A stretch of 64,000 nucleotides of DNA from an uncultured Flavobacteriales bacterium (GTDB taxonomy: Bacteria; Bacteroidota; Bacteroidia; Flavobacteriales; BACL11). Position 1 is the first letter of the stretch. Each line of letters begins with the position of its first letter. The stretch is from the NCBI GenBank assembly GCA_905181635.1, contig CAJIYM010000004.1:8642-72641 (forward strand), in the 5' to 3' direction. Below, in pieces: positions 1 to 9,890 of the stretch. Made by a program: the position numbers and the translations under genes. Below the pieces are notes generated by a model. It saw only the letters and a program-made list of their open reading frames with translations. It ran no database searches and had not been told where the DNA came from.

Positions 1-340
1 TCTTAGATTGCTTAAAAATCTGATTAACTGTATATCCTATATTTAAGCCAAATCCGTCAATATCAGATTTAAAATTCTCAATACCATTATCTGCTGAAAA
101 GGCAGTTTTAATAATCAATAATGATAAATCTAAATTACTTGTAAGCTCAAACTTCATTCCTGCATTAAAGCCTGCAATACCTTTTAAAAAACCTGTATTT
201 TCATTTTGGATATCACCAGTAAGTGTGTAAAAACCTGAACCCAATGTGAATTTAGGGCTAAATGGCTGCTCTTGGGCATAAACAAATGCAGAAGATACTA
301 AAGCAAAAAGAACGAACGCTTTTTTAAAAAATTGAATCAT
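1..340 (-). CDS. Outer-membrane beta-barrel protein, N-terminal part (gene runs off the left edge)
   Basis: ATG at 338-340 on the minus strand. Translation MIQFFKKAFVLFALVSSAFVYAQEQ... has a signal peptide followed by alternating beta-strand-like sequence. The ORF is open to position 1. Confidence 0.5.
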   Translation of the reverse strand, partial: MIQFFKKAFVLFALVSSAFVYAQEQPFSPKFTLGSGFYTLTGDIQNENTGFLKGIAGFNAGMKFELTSNLDLSLLIIKTAFSADNGIENFKSDIDGFGLNIGYTVNQIFKQSK

Positions 341-399
341 TAGTGTAATTTTTATATTGCTGTAAAAATAGGAAAAAAATCAGAAAGCTATCCTATATG

Positions 400-1116
400 C
401 TAGAAATTAGGTTTTAGCGTATATTTCATGTAGAAATCATTGATAATCTTGACGGCCTCTACTGGCGTATCTACTACATTAATTAAATCTAAATCTTCAA
501 TACTTATATTTTTTTCTTTGGCTAACATAACTTCTTTTATCCAGGCCAACAACCCAATCCAATAGGTTTTTCCTACAAGTACGATTGGGAACTTTCCTAT
601 TTTCTGAGTCTGTATTAAAGTAATGGCTTCGAATAGTTCATCTAAAGTACCTACGCCTCCTGGAAGCACTATAAAACCTTGTGCATATTTTACAAACATC
701 ACTTTTCTAACAAAGAAATAATCAAAATTAATCAGTTTATCATTATCGATGTAAGGGTTAGAAGAATGTTCAAATGGAAGCTCAATGTTCAAGCCTACTG
801 ATTTACCCCCACCTCTAGATGCACCTTTGTTAGCTGCCTCCATAATACCTTGCCCCCCTCCAGAAATAACACCATAACCACTTTGTGTAAGCAAGTAACC
901 AATTTCTTCAGCTTGTTTGTAGTATTTGTTATCTGACTTTGTACGAGCAGATCCAAATACCGAGACACAAGGTCCAATTTTAGACATAGTTTCAAACCCC
1001 TGAACAAACTCTGACATAATTTTAAATATTTGCCATGAATCAGATGACTTTATAGCATTCCAGTTTTTTTCTTTAAAAGCTCTCCTAATTTTTTTTTCAT
1101 CTGCATTCATACTCAA
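400..1116 (-). CDS. LOG-family (TIGR00730) Rossmann-fold nucleotide phosphoribohydrolase
   Basis: 238 aa. Carries the GGGxGxME-like segment (ISGGGQGIMEAA) and the PGGVGTLDELFE motif typical of lysine-decarboxylase-like/LOG proteins. Confidence 0.85.
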   Translation of the reverse strand: MSMNADEKKIRRAFKEKNWNAIKSSDSWQIFKIMSEFVQGFETMSKIGPCVSVFGSARTKSDNKYYKQAEEIGYLLTQSGYGVISGGGQGIMEAANKGASRGGGKSVGLNIELPFEHSSNPYIDNDKLINFDYFFVRKVMFVKYAQGFIVLPGGVGTLDELFEAITLIQTQKIGKFPIVLVGKTYWIGLLAWIKEVMLAKEKNISIEDLDLINVVDTPVEAVKIINDFYMKYTLKPNF

Positions 1117-1152
1117 TTTAATTTATTTTAAGAAACTAATATAGCAAATTTA

Positions 1153-3975
1153 TTACAATTCACTTTTTAGGTATTTAGCAGTATAACTATCCTTACAATT
1201 TATGATACTTTCTGGTGTTCCATTACAAATTACCTGCCCTCCTTTATCCCCACCTTCTTTACCTATATCAATAATGTGGTCTGCCATTTTAATTACATCT
1301 AAATTATGTTCAATAATCAATACTGTATTTCCTTTATCTACTATAGTATCAATTACTTTTAGAAAGATCTTTACATCTTCAAAATGTAGCCCTGTAGTTG
1401 GTTCATCCAAAATATAAAAAGTGTTTCCTGTACTTCTTTTAGAAAGCTCAGATGCTAATTTGATTCTTTGTGCTTCCCCTCCACTTAAAGTTGTTGCTGA
1501 TTGACCTAAAGAAATGTAGCCCAGACCAACATCTTGCAAGGTTTTTATTTTTCTATAAATAGATGGAATAGCCTCAAAAAATTTAACTGCTTGATTAATG
1601 GTTAAATCCAATACATCAGAAATTGAATTTCCTTTAAAGCGAACTTCTAAAGTTTCACGATTATAGCGTTTTCCATTACAATCTTCACAATGCACCTCAA
1701 CATCAGGCAAAAAGTTCATTTCTATAGTTTTCATTCCACCCCCTCTACAACCTTCACACCTACCACCAACAACATTAAACGAAAAACGTCCAACTTTATA
1801 TCCTCTAACTTTAGATTCTGGAAGATTCGAAAACAAAGCTCTAATATCAGAAAAAACACCAGTATAAGTAGCTGGATTAGACCTTGGAGTACGACCAATA
1901 GCGGATTGATCTACCTCAATAACCTTATCCAAATGGGCTAAACCATCAATACTTTTATAAGGCAAAGGCTCTTTTTCACCTCTATAAAAATGTTTATTTA
2001 AAATAGGGTATAAAGTTCCATTTATTAAAGTTGACTTTCCACTTCCTGAAACTCCAGTCACACAACACATCAAACCCAAAGGAATTTCAATATCAATATT
2101 TTTTAAGTTATTTCCTCTAGCTCCTGTTATGGTTAATTTTTTTCCATTCCCTTTCCTTCTGTTCTTTGGTACTTCAATTTTTTGAATACCATTTAAATAT
2201 TCAGCAGTAATATGATTATCATTTAGAATAGTTTGATAATCTCCTTCAGAAACCACTTGTCCTCCATGAACTCCAGCCCCAGGACCTAAGTCAACAATAA
2301 AATCAGCTGACTTAATCATATCTTTATCATGCTCAACAACAATAACTGAGTTTCCAATATCTCGTAATTTTTTTAAAGAATTTATCAATTTTAAATTATC
2401 CCTTTGATGTAACCCAATGCTAGGTTCATCTAATATATAGAGAACATTTGTTAGTTGAGTTCCAATTTGAGTTGCTAAACGAATTCTTTGGGCCTCTCCA
2501 CCACTTAACGTTTTTGAACTTCTATTTAACGAAAGATAGGATAATCCCACATCAATAATAAATTGCAGGCGCTTAGTTAATTCTTTAACAATCTGATTTG
2601 CAATTTTTAATTCATTCTCATTTAATGATTTTTCAATAGTAAGTACCCACTTAGAAAAAGAAATAACATCCATGTTTGACACTTCATTAATGCTTTTATC
2701 AGAAACTTTAAAATGAGACGACTCAATATTTAGCCTACTCCCATTGCAGCTTTTACAATCGTGTTCAGACATGTATTTACCTGCCCACTTTTCAATAGAT
2801 TTTACAGAAGACAATTTAGATTGCTCATCTATAAAATTAACAATTCCACCAAAATGTAATTTGTAAGTCTTAGAAATTCCTGCTGACTTTAATTTTACTT
2901 TAAGATTTTCAGTAAGCCCATATAATATTGCATCAATTCCTTGCTTTGGAATTTTATCAATAGGTGTATTTAAAGTGAAATTAAACTTCTTTCCAATCAA
3001 TTCAATTTGACCTAATATCCAATCTGATTTACGATTTGAAATAGGAGCGATTCCCCCATTATTAATGCTTAAATATTTATTTGGTAATATTTTATCTTCA
3101 TCAACAATCTTAAATTTTCCTAATCCATTACATTCCCTACATGCACCTTTTGGAGAATTAAAAGAAAAAGAATTTGGCTCTGGATTTTTATAAGCAATTC
3201 CTGTTTCAGGGCACATTAAAGCCCTTGAAAAATACCTTGGCGTTGTAGATGAATTTTCAATAACCATCATTACACCATCACCATCCTCCATTGCTAGTCT
3301 CAAAGAGGAAATTAGACGTTTTTTGTTTGGATCAGTTACTTTTAAGCGATCAATAACGACTTCAATATCATGTGTTTTATATCTATCTAACTTTAGAGAA
3401 GGAGTTATTTCAATAATTTCACCATCAACTCTTACTTTTAAATATCCTTTTTTAGCTAACTGATGAAAAAGTTCGGCATAATGTCCCTTTCGTGAACGAA
3501 CAATAGGAGACAAAACATTAATAGATTTATTCTTAAAATCTAATTGTATTAAATCTAAAATCTGCTCATCAGTAAAGCGCACCATTTTTTTTCCTGATTT
3601 ATGAGAATAAGCAGTACCTACTCTAGCATAGAGCAGTCGTAAATAATCATAAATTTCAGTAATTGTACCTACTGTAGATCTTGGATTCTTGGTTGTAGTT
3701 TTCTGCTCAATTGCTACAACAGGACTCAGTCCTGTAATCTTATCTACTTCTGGGCGCTCCATATTTCCTAGAAATTGACGAGCGTAAGCATTAAAGGTTT
3801 CTAAGTACCTTCTTTGTCCTTCTGCATGAATGGTGTCAAAAGCTAATGATGATTTTCCACTTCCACTCTTACCAGTAAAAACGACTAGTTTATTCCTAGG
3901 AATTTGAAGATTAATGTTTTTTAGATTATGAACTCGTGCACCATAAATTGATATCTTATCTTTTTGATTTACCAT
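1153..3975 (-). CDS. uvrA: Excinuclease ABC subunit A
   Basis: Two ABC ATPase modules (GKSGSGKSSL and GVSGSGKSTL), LSGGEAQR signatures twice, and zinc-finger Cys clusters. The likely true start is MVNQKDKISIYGARVHNLKNI at 3975; the track start at 4014 would overlap the upstream gene. Confidence 0.95.
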   Translation of the reverse strand: MVNQKDKISIYGARVHNLKNINLQIPRNKLVVFTGKSGSGKSSLAFDTIHAEGQRRYLETFNAYARQFLGNMERPEVDKITGLSPVVAIEQKTTTKNPRSTVGTITEIYDYLRLLYARVGTAYSHKSGKKMVRFTDEQILDLIQLDFKNKSINVLSPIVRSRKGHYAELFHQLAKKGYLKVRVDGEIIEITPSLKLDRYKTHDIEVVIDRLKVTDPNKKRLISSLRLAMEDGDGVMMVIENSSTTPRYFSRALMCPETGIAYKNPEPNSFSFNSPKGACRECNGLGKFKIVDEDKILPNKYLSINNGGIAPISNRKSDWILGQIELIGKKFNFTLNTPIDKIPKQGIDAILYGLTENLKVKLKSAGISKTYKLHFGGIVNFIDEQSKLSSVKSIEKWAGKYMSEHDCKSCNGSRLNIESSHFKVSDKSINEVSNMDVISFSKWVLTIEKSLNENELKIANQIVKELTKRLQFIIDVGLSYLSLNRSSKTLSGGEAQRIRLATQIGTQLTNVLYILDEPSIGLHQRDNLKLINSLKKLRDIGNSVIVVEHDKDMIKSADFIVDLGPGAGVHGGQVVSEGDYQTILNDNHITAEYLNGIQKIEVPKNRRKGNGKKLTITGARGNNLKNIDIEIPLGLMCCVTGVSGSGKSTLINGTLYPILNKHFYRGEKEPLPYKSIDGLAHLDKVIEVDQSAIGRTPRSNPATYTGVFSDIRALFSNLPESKVRGYKVGRFSFNVVGGRCEGCRGGGMKTIEMNFLPDVEVHCEDCNGKRYNRETLEVRFKGNSISDVLDLTINQAVKFFEAIPSIYRKIKTLQDVGLGYISLGQSATTLSGGEAQRIKLASELSKRSTGNTFYILDEPTTGLHFEDVKIFLKVIDTIVDKGNTVLIIEHNLDVIKMADHIIDIGKEGGDKGGQVICNGTPESIINCKDSYTAKYLKSEL

Positions 3976-3979
3976 ACTA

Positions 3980-4942
3980 CTAATCTTTAAGCAATTGGGT
4001 TTCCAAATCTTCAAACACTAACAAATCTGAATTAGTTGGAATCTTTATAAAATACTTTTTTCTAGATTTATCCGGCAAAGAAGAAGTTCTCAACCAAGGA
4101 TTAAACTGCTTTAATAGTTTATAATTTATTCCGTTAGATATTGCGAAATCACTCAAATTAACAATAGTAGAATCAACCTCAATTGTTTTATAGTTAGGCA
4201 TTGTATACAAATCTTTTTCTCTAAATATAAAACCGTATTTTACAGGGTTTTTCATGATATCTTTAACAGCAATAATTCTAAATACATATCTACCTGTTTC
4301 TGAATTTAGATGCAAATTATAATAATTATTAGTACCTTGTTCCTTCATTCTTCTACGAGCACCATTTTTTCCCATGTTATATGAAGCGGCAGCCATAGTC
4401 CAACTCCCAAATTTAATATAGGCGTCGTTTAAATATTCACAAGCAATCTGAGTAGATTTTTCTAAATTATAGCGTTCATCAATAGCTGAATTTACTTCTA
4501 ATCCATGCTCACGAGCCGTACCCTTTAAAATTTGCCAAAAACCAGCAGCTCCTGCTGGAGAGACTACGTTATCTAGCCCGCTCTCAATTAAAGCTAAATA
4601 TTTAAAATCGTCAGGAATGTTATTCTTTTTCAAAATAGGTTCAATAATTGGAAAATACTTATTTGCTTTTTTAAAAAACAACATAGTACTAGACTGCCAA
4701 TATGTATTTTTAAGTAATTCTTTATCGATTCTTTCCCAAATTTCAGGAGAATTAATCGGGATTTCTTCACCTGCAAAACTCAAACCTTGAGGCTTTAAGA
4801 TTGCAAAAATTCCATATTTAATATTAAACTGTTGCTGATGGAGCTCATCATCATTCTTTAATTCAGTTGAATAAATAAAAAGCTGCGTAAAAGCAAGGAT
4901 CAACAATGATGATCCTAAAAAATAAATGAGTTTTGTATACAT
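3980..4942 (-). CDS. Lytic murein transglycosylase (SLT domain), membrane-anchored
   Basis: N-terminal TM segment. SLT catalytic region LALIESGLDNVVSPAGAAGFWQI plus AASYNMG. Confidence 0.8.
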   Translation of the reverse strand: MYTKLIYFLGSSLLILAFTQLFIYSTELKNDDELHQQQFNIKYGIFAILKPQGLSFAGEEIPINSPEIWERIDKELLKNTYWQSSTMLFFKKANKYFPIIEPILKKNNIPDDFKYLALIESGLDNVVSPAGAAGFWQILKGTAREHGLEVNSAIDERYNLEKSTQIACEYLNDAYIKFGSWTMAAASYNMGKNGARRRMKEQGTNNYYNLHLNSETGRYVFRIIAVKDIMKNPVKYGFIFREKDLYTMPNYKTIEVDSTIVNLSDFAISNGINYKLLKQFNPWLRTSSLPDKSRKKYFIKIPTNSDLLVFEDLETQLLKD

Positions 4943-4943
4943 A

Positions 4944-5486
4944 TTAAAATTGACTTATAAAATTCTTAAAATTTCCTGCAACTAAATCTTTTTCAGATAC
5001 TAATGGGTTTATACATCTCCAATCAATATTTAAGTCTATATCACTCCAAATTAATGCGTCTTCAGATGCTGAATTATAAACTCCAGTACATTTGTAGGAG
5101 AAAATTGTATTGTCTTCTAGTGAAATAAAACCATGAGCAAATCCAGGAGGAATCCAGAAAATAGTTTTATTTTCTTCATTAAGTACAATTGAAAAATACT
5201 GACCATAAGTAGAAGACTCTTTTCTTATATCTACCACAACATCTAATACAGATCCTCTTATGACTCGGACTAGTTTACCTTGCGCAAAAGGAGGATTCTG
5301 AAAATGCAAACCTCTTAACACCCCCTTATTTGAAAGAGATTCATTATCCTGAACAAAATTCAAATCCAAATCATTTTCAGTGAAGAATTTTTGACTCCAG
5401 CTTTCAAAGAAATACCCTCTATCATCGTTAAAAATTTTCGGCTTTATTACTAGCAAACCTTCTATTGGAGTTTTTAATACTTCCAT
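4944..5486 (-). CDS. rfbC: dTDP-4-dehydrorhamnose 3,5-epimerase
   Basis: 180 aa. Cupin-type RmlC motifs: DDRGYFFESW, RGLHFQ, GFAHGF. Confidence 0.9.
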   Translation of the reverse strand: MEVLKTPIEGLLVIKPKIFNDDRGYFFESWSQKFFTENDLDLNFVQDNESLSNKGVLRGLHFQNPPFAQGKLVRVIRGSVLDVVVDIRKESSTYGQYFSIVLNEENKTIFWIPPGFAHGFISLEDNTIFSYKCTGVYNSASEDALIWSDIDLNIDWRCINPLVSEKDLVAGNFKNFISQF

Positions 5487-5606
5487 TTATTATTATTTAA
5501 TTTTCTAAAAGCCAAATATAGAAAAATGAACTTCTTATTTTCAAGGAAAAGCGAACAATAATTGTAGTTTTGCCAACATATTTTACAAATCTTATAAAAA
5601 ACTATT

Positions 5607-6284
5607 ATGAACAAAACATTACAATTATTAATCGTTGGTTTCGCGATTGTTTTGAGCTCATGCTCTAATGATGCAACTAACAAAAAACCAGAAACAGAAA
5701 TGGAAAAAGTAAGTTACAGTTTAGGCGTAAATGTGGCAACAGGAGTTAAGGCGCAAGGTCTAGAGACTATTGATGAAAATGCAGTAGCAAAAGCATTTAA
5801 AGATGTATTTGCAGGAAATGAATTAGATATTTCGGAAGAAGAAAGCATGCAAGTACTGCAAGATTTTTTCGGAAAATTAGCTGCTGAAAAAAGTGCTAAA
5901 GCAGGAGAAGCAGAAACAGAATACCTTGCTGAAAATGGAGCTAAAGATGGAGTAATAACAACTGAAAGCGGTTTGCAATATGAAGTAATGACAACAGGAG
6001 AAGGCGCAAAACCAACTGCAGAAGATAAAGTTACTGTACACTACCATGGTATGCTTACTGATGGAACTGTATTTGACAGCTCAGTAGATAGAGGGGAGCC
6101 TGCACAATTTGGCGTAACTCAAGTTATTCCAGGCTGGATTGAAGCCTTACAACTAATGAGTGTTGGCGATAAATGGAAACTAACAATCCCTTCATCATTA
6201 GCTTATGGAGATAAAGGAGCAGGTGGTTTAATTGGTCCAGGAGAAACTCTAGTATTTGAAGTAGAGTTAATTGGTATTAACTAA
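5607..6284 (+). CDS. FKBP-type peptidyl-prolyl isomerase lipoprotein (FkpA/Mip-like)
   Basis: Lipobox LSSCS. The C-terminal FKBP domain shows VTVHYHGMLTDGTVFDSS, VIPGWIEALQLM and LVFEVELI. Confidence 0.9.
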   Translation: MNKTLQLLIVGFAIVLSSCSNDATNKKPETEMEKVSYSLGVNVATGVKAQGLETIDENAVAKAFKDVFAGNELDISEEESMQVLQDFFGKLAAEKSAKAGEAETEYLAENGAKDGVITTESGLQYEVMTTGEGAKPTAEDKVTVHYHGMLTDGTVFDSSVDRGEPAQFGVTQVIPGWIEALQLMSVGDKWKLTIPSSLAYGDKGAGGLIGPGETLVFEVELIGIN

Positions 6285-6301
6285 TCAATATTATACATAA
6301 T

Positions 6302-6331
6302 AAAAAAGCCGAGCAAATGCTCGGCTTTTTT
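6302..6331 (+). terminator. Rho-independent terminator after the FKBP gene (A-tract / hairpin / T-tract, potentially bidirectional)
   Basis: AAAAAA-GCCGAGC-AAAT-GCTCGGC-TTTTTT is read directly from the sequence, 18 nt after the stop. Confidence 0.8.
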
Positions 6332-6436
6332 ATTTGCACTTTTTCTAACAACTCAATTTAGAAATTTAAATAATATACTATAACCTTTTTTAGAGATTGT
6401 TATAAGAATAACACTATCCTTATAGTAAGTTAATTA

Positions 6437-6874
6437 TTAATCTAACTTACGAGTCCAAGTAGATGATCTGCCAATGAATGAAAAACCAATATAGCCTCTC
6501 AAATCTATAGTATTATTATCTTTTAACGTCATCATTCCTGTATACATTTTTCCCTTTTTCGGATCATACAACTCTCCATCGTCCCAAATATTATCTTTAA
6601 TAAAAGTGAATCCAGTCATCATTACCATTCCCATCCTTGAACGGGACTTTAATTCTTCATTCGGATTTAAAGGGTCAGTTTTTGGATTTCCATTATCATC
6701 ATTTGGAGATTCCATCCATGTAATTTTGCCTGAAACTGTCTCATTTTGTTCAAAAAGGGTAATAACTGCATCCTTTTCAGCATTGTACCACTCACCAACT
6801 ATAGCAGAATTAGTTTGCGAAAATGCAATCAATCCAACAAAAGATAAAAGTAGTATTGTTGTTATTTTTTTCAT
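6437..6874 (-). CDS. DUF2147-like secreted protein
   Basis: Signal peptide. Pattern GEWYN...GKITW...DPLNPN..L..R...G...W.DGELYDPKKGKMY...LRGYIGFSFIGRSSTWTR matches what I recall of DUF2147. Confidence 0.7.
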   Translation of the reverse strand: MKKITTILLLSFVGLIAFSQTNSAIVGEWYNAEKDAVITLFEQNETVSGKITWMESPNDDNGNPKTDPLNPNEELKSRSRMGMVMMTGFTFIKDNIWDDGELYDPKKGKMYTGMMTLKDNNTIDLRGYIGFSFIGRSSTWTRKLD

Positions 6875-6970
6875 AATAATATTTTTTGCTAAAGATAATA
6901 AAAATTATTAATCAATCCTTCTAGGCTCTAATTTCTCACTAGTAACTAAATATTAAAATAATTTGGGTGA

Positions 6971-8275
6971 TTATTTTTGTCTAAAATAAATTTGAATAGG
7001 AACACCTGAAAAATTAAAATTTTGACGTAATTGATTCTCAATATAACGTTTGTAAGGATCCTTAATATATTGAGGTAAGTTTGCAAAAAACACAAAAGTT
7101 GGAGTTTCTGTTGGCAGCTGCATACAATATTTAATTCTAATATACTTTCCTTTGGTTGCAGGTGGTGGATGTTGTTCAATTAAAGGTAACATCACATCAT
7201 TAAGCACTGAAGTAGCTATTTTTTGCGATCTATTTTTATGAACTTGTATAGCAGCTTCTAATCCTTTTAACAACCTTTGCTTATGTAAAGCGGAAACAAA
7301 TACAACAGGAACATCAGTAAAAGGAGAAATTTTTTCCTTAATCTGCTCTTCAGCCATTTTAGCGGTTTCAGTAGATTTATCTTGCAAATCCCACTTATTT
7401 ACTAAAATAACAATTCCTTTTTTATTTCTATCTGCAATATGGAAAATTCTTTGATCTTGAGACTCAAAACCTCTAGATGCATCAATTACATGAATACAAA
7501 CATCACAATGCTCAATTGCACGCACTGAACGCATAACAGAGTAAAACTCTAAATTTTCATGAACATTTTTTTTCTTTCTAAGACCAGCAGTATCTACCAA
7601 AGTAAAATCAAAACCAAACTTATTGAACTTTGTATTTAAAGAATCACGAGTAGTACCTGCAATATCAGTAACAATATTTTGTTCCTTACCAATAAGGGCA
7701 TTAATAAAAGATGATTTCCCGACATTTGGCCTACCAATCACTGTAAATTTAGGAGTATCATCTTCATCCGGCTCAACATCATCTTCAAAATGTTTTAATA
7801 ACTCATCAAGCAACTCACCTGTACCACTTCCACTGATTGAAGAAAAAGGAACATACTCTCCGATTCCTAAATTATAAAATTCAACAGAATCCTCTAACAA
7901 ACGCTTATTATCTACTTTATTCACTCCAAGAACCAGCTTCTTATTTGACTTCCTAAGCAACTTAACTACTGCTTGATCTAAATCAGTAATTCCTGATTTT
8001 GCATCAACTAAAAACAAAATTACATTAGCTTCATCAATTGCTAATTCTACTTGCTTTCTAATTTCAGACTCAAAGATATCATCACTTCCATGAACATAGC
8101 CCCCAGTATCAATTACTGAAAACTCACGACCATTCCAATCAGCTTTACCGTAATGTCTATCACGTGTTACCCCACTTACCTCATCTGTTATGGCCTGTCT
8201 ACTTTCAGTAAAACGATTAAAAATGGTGGATTTCCCAACATTTGGCCTTCCTACTATTGCTACAATATTACTCAT
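6971..8275 (-). CDS. der: Ribosome-associated GTPase Der/EngA
   Basis: Two tandem GTPase domains (GRPNVGKST twice, DTGG/DTAG, NKVD/NKWD) and a C-terminal KH-like domain. Confidence 0.95.
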   Translation of the reverse strand: MSNIVAIVGRPNVGKSTIFNRFTESRQAITDEVSGVTRDRHYGKADWNGREFSVIDTGGYVHGSDDIFESEIRKQVELAIDEANVILFLVDAKSGITDLDQAVVKLLRKSNKKLVLGVNKVDNKRLLEDSVEFYNLGIGEYVPFSSISGSGTGELLDELLKHFEDDVEPDEDDTPKFTVIGRPNVGKSSFINALIGKEQNIVTDIAGTTRDSLNTKFNKFGFDFTLVDTAGLRKKKNVHENLEFYSVMRSVRAIEHCDVCIHVIDASRGFESQDQRIFHIADRNKKGIVILVNKWDLQDKSTETAKMAEEQIKEKISPFTDVPVVFVSALHKQRLLKGLEAAIQVHKNRSQKIATSVLNDVMLPLIEQHPPPATKGKYIRIKYCMQLPTETPTFVFFANLPQYIKDPYKRYIENQLRQNFNFSGVPIQIYFRQK

Positions 8276-9153
8276 TATTCGTATCCGAATTTTTTTAACT
8301 GCTGATTATCATTTCTCCAGTTCTTTTTTACTTTTACTGGAGTCGCTAGAAAAACCTTTTTGTCTAGCATTTTTTCAATATCTCTTCTTGCTTCTGTACC
8401 AATACGCTTTAAACCTAATCCTTGATGACCAATAATTATTCCTTTTTGACTCTCTCTCATTACATAAATTATAGCTCTTATTTTGATAATTTCTTCCTCT
8501 TCAAAAAACTCCTCAACTTCAATTTGCACACAATATGGTATTTCCTTTTTGTAATGTTTAAGGATTTTCTCACGGATAATTTCTTCGATAAAAAATCGTT
8601 CAGATTTATCAGTAATTGCATCTTTTTCATAATAAGGAGGAGAAACTGGTAACATTTCGACCAACTTTTCCTTTATAACATCAAGATTAAAATTATTTAA
8701 AGCAGAAATAGGTAATAATTGAGCATTTGGTAATTCTAAACTCCACTTTTCAATTTCTTGAGCTACAAAATCCTGCTCAGCTAAATCAATTTTATTTAAC
8801 AACATAATAATTGGTACAGAAGTCTTTTTTAACCTTTCAAAAAGCTTTTCATCTTTTAGCCCTTGCTCACCAATCTCAATCATATAAATAAGTACATCTG
8901 CATCTTGAAAAGCTGAATGCACAAAATTCATCATATTTTCTTGTAACTTGTAAGCCGGTTTTATTACTCCAGGAGTATCCGAAAATACAATCTGATACTC
9001 TTTTTCATTTAGAATCCCTAAAATTCTATGACGAGTAGTTTGTGCCTTATTGGTTATAATAGACAGTTTCTGCCCTATTAAAGCATTCATTAACGTTGAC
9101 TTACCTACATTAGGATTTCCTATAATATTTACATATCCTGCTTTGTGCTCCAT
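8275..9153 (-). CDS. era: GTPase Era
   Basis: GNPNVGKSTL, DTPG and NKID motifs plus a KH domain at the C-terminus. Start chosen at MEHKAGYVNIIG (ATG 9151-9153) rather than the track start at 9180. Confidence 0.93.
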   Translation of the reverse strand: MEHKAGYVNIIGNPNVGKSTLMNALIGQKLSIITNKAQTTRHRILGILNEKEYQIVFSDTPGVIKPAYKLQENMMNFVHSAFQDADVLIYMIEIGEQGLKDEKLFERLKKTSVPIIMLLNKIDLAEQDFVAQEIEKWSLELPNAQLLPISALNNFNLDVIKEKLVEMLPVSPPYYEKDAITDKSERFFIEEIIREKILKHYKKEIPYCVQIEVEEFFEEEEIIKIRAIIYVMRESQKGIIIGHQGLGLKRIGTEARRDIEKMLDKKVFLATPVKVKKNWRNDNQQLKKFGYE

Positions 9154-9164
9154 TTTGCAAAGAA

Positions 9165-9195
9165 ACGAAAAAAGAGCCAAGCAAATGCCTAGCCC
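9165..9195 (-). terminator. Probable intrinsic terminator after the OMP paralog pair
   Basis: The minus strand reads GGGCUAGGC-AUUU-GCUUGGCUC followed by UUUUUUCG. The stem contains G-U pairs. Confidence 0.45.
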
Positions 9196-9216
9196 TTAAT
9201 TATAATTTTAGAGTTT

Positions 9217-9876
9217 TTATTTTCCTAAATTAAAACCAACCGTTACTGAAATTCTTGCTCCAGTTGGATGCGTCACTGAATATTCTTTAGATATTTCAAT
9301 TTCTTCATATCCTCCGCCAATAAGGTTTCCATCATCATCATATTCATAATCATAAGCAACCACATCATATTCGGCATCATGATTATAGGTTTTATTCATA
9401 CTTGGCACATATGCAATATTTACGGGCACGTTTAATTTACCAAATTTGAAGTTATAGCCTGCACCAAATACCATAGCAATTCCTCCTAATGATAAATTTG
9501 GCCCTGCAGCAAATTCAATTCCTTTTGCAGTGCGTACACCGATCAGTGATGAAACTGAAGGCAAAAACAGTCCTTTTTCCATTCCTCCAACTAAGGCAAT
9601 CAATTCAACTACTCCTGTAATATCACCACCATCAGAAAATCTACTTTCCCATTGCCAACCATATTGTGAAATTGCAGCACCATATTTTCCTGTTGAACCT
9701 GCCCACTCCTTTCTGACCTCACCAGAGAAAAATGACAAATCACCCCTAATAAGACTTGCTAAGGAACCTGGAGCAATCATAGTAACACCAACTCTTGGTC
9801 CTGCTAATTTTTCAACTTGTGCATCTACTGATAATATTCCAAATCCAATAATTAAAGTAAATAGTATTTTTTTCAT
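9217..9876 (-). CDS. Small secreted/outer-membrane protein, paralog B (carries an acidic insertion)
   Basis: Signal peptide. Shares the core QYGWQWESRF.DGG..TG.VE.IALVGGME.GLFLPSVSS.IGVR...G.E..AGPNLSL with the adjacent gene. Has an extra DAEYDVVAYDYEYDDDGNLIGGGYEEIE segment. Confidence 0.6.
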   Translation of the reverse strand: MKKILFTLIIGFGILSVDAQVEKLAGPRVGVTMIAPGSLASLIRGDLSFFSGEVRKEWAGSTGKYGAAISQYGWQWESRFSDGGDITGVVELIALVGGMEKGLFLPSVSSLIGVRTAKGIEFAAGPNLSLGGIAMVFGAGYNFKFGKLNVPVNIAYVPSMNKTYNHDAEYDVVAYDYEYDDDGNLIGGGYEEIEISKEYSVTHPTGARISVTVGFNLGK

Positions 9877-9890
9877 AGAAAAATTATTGT

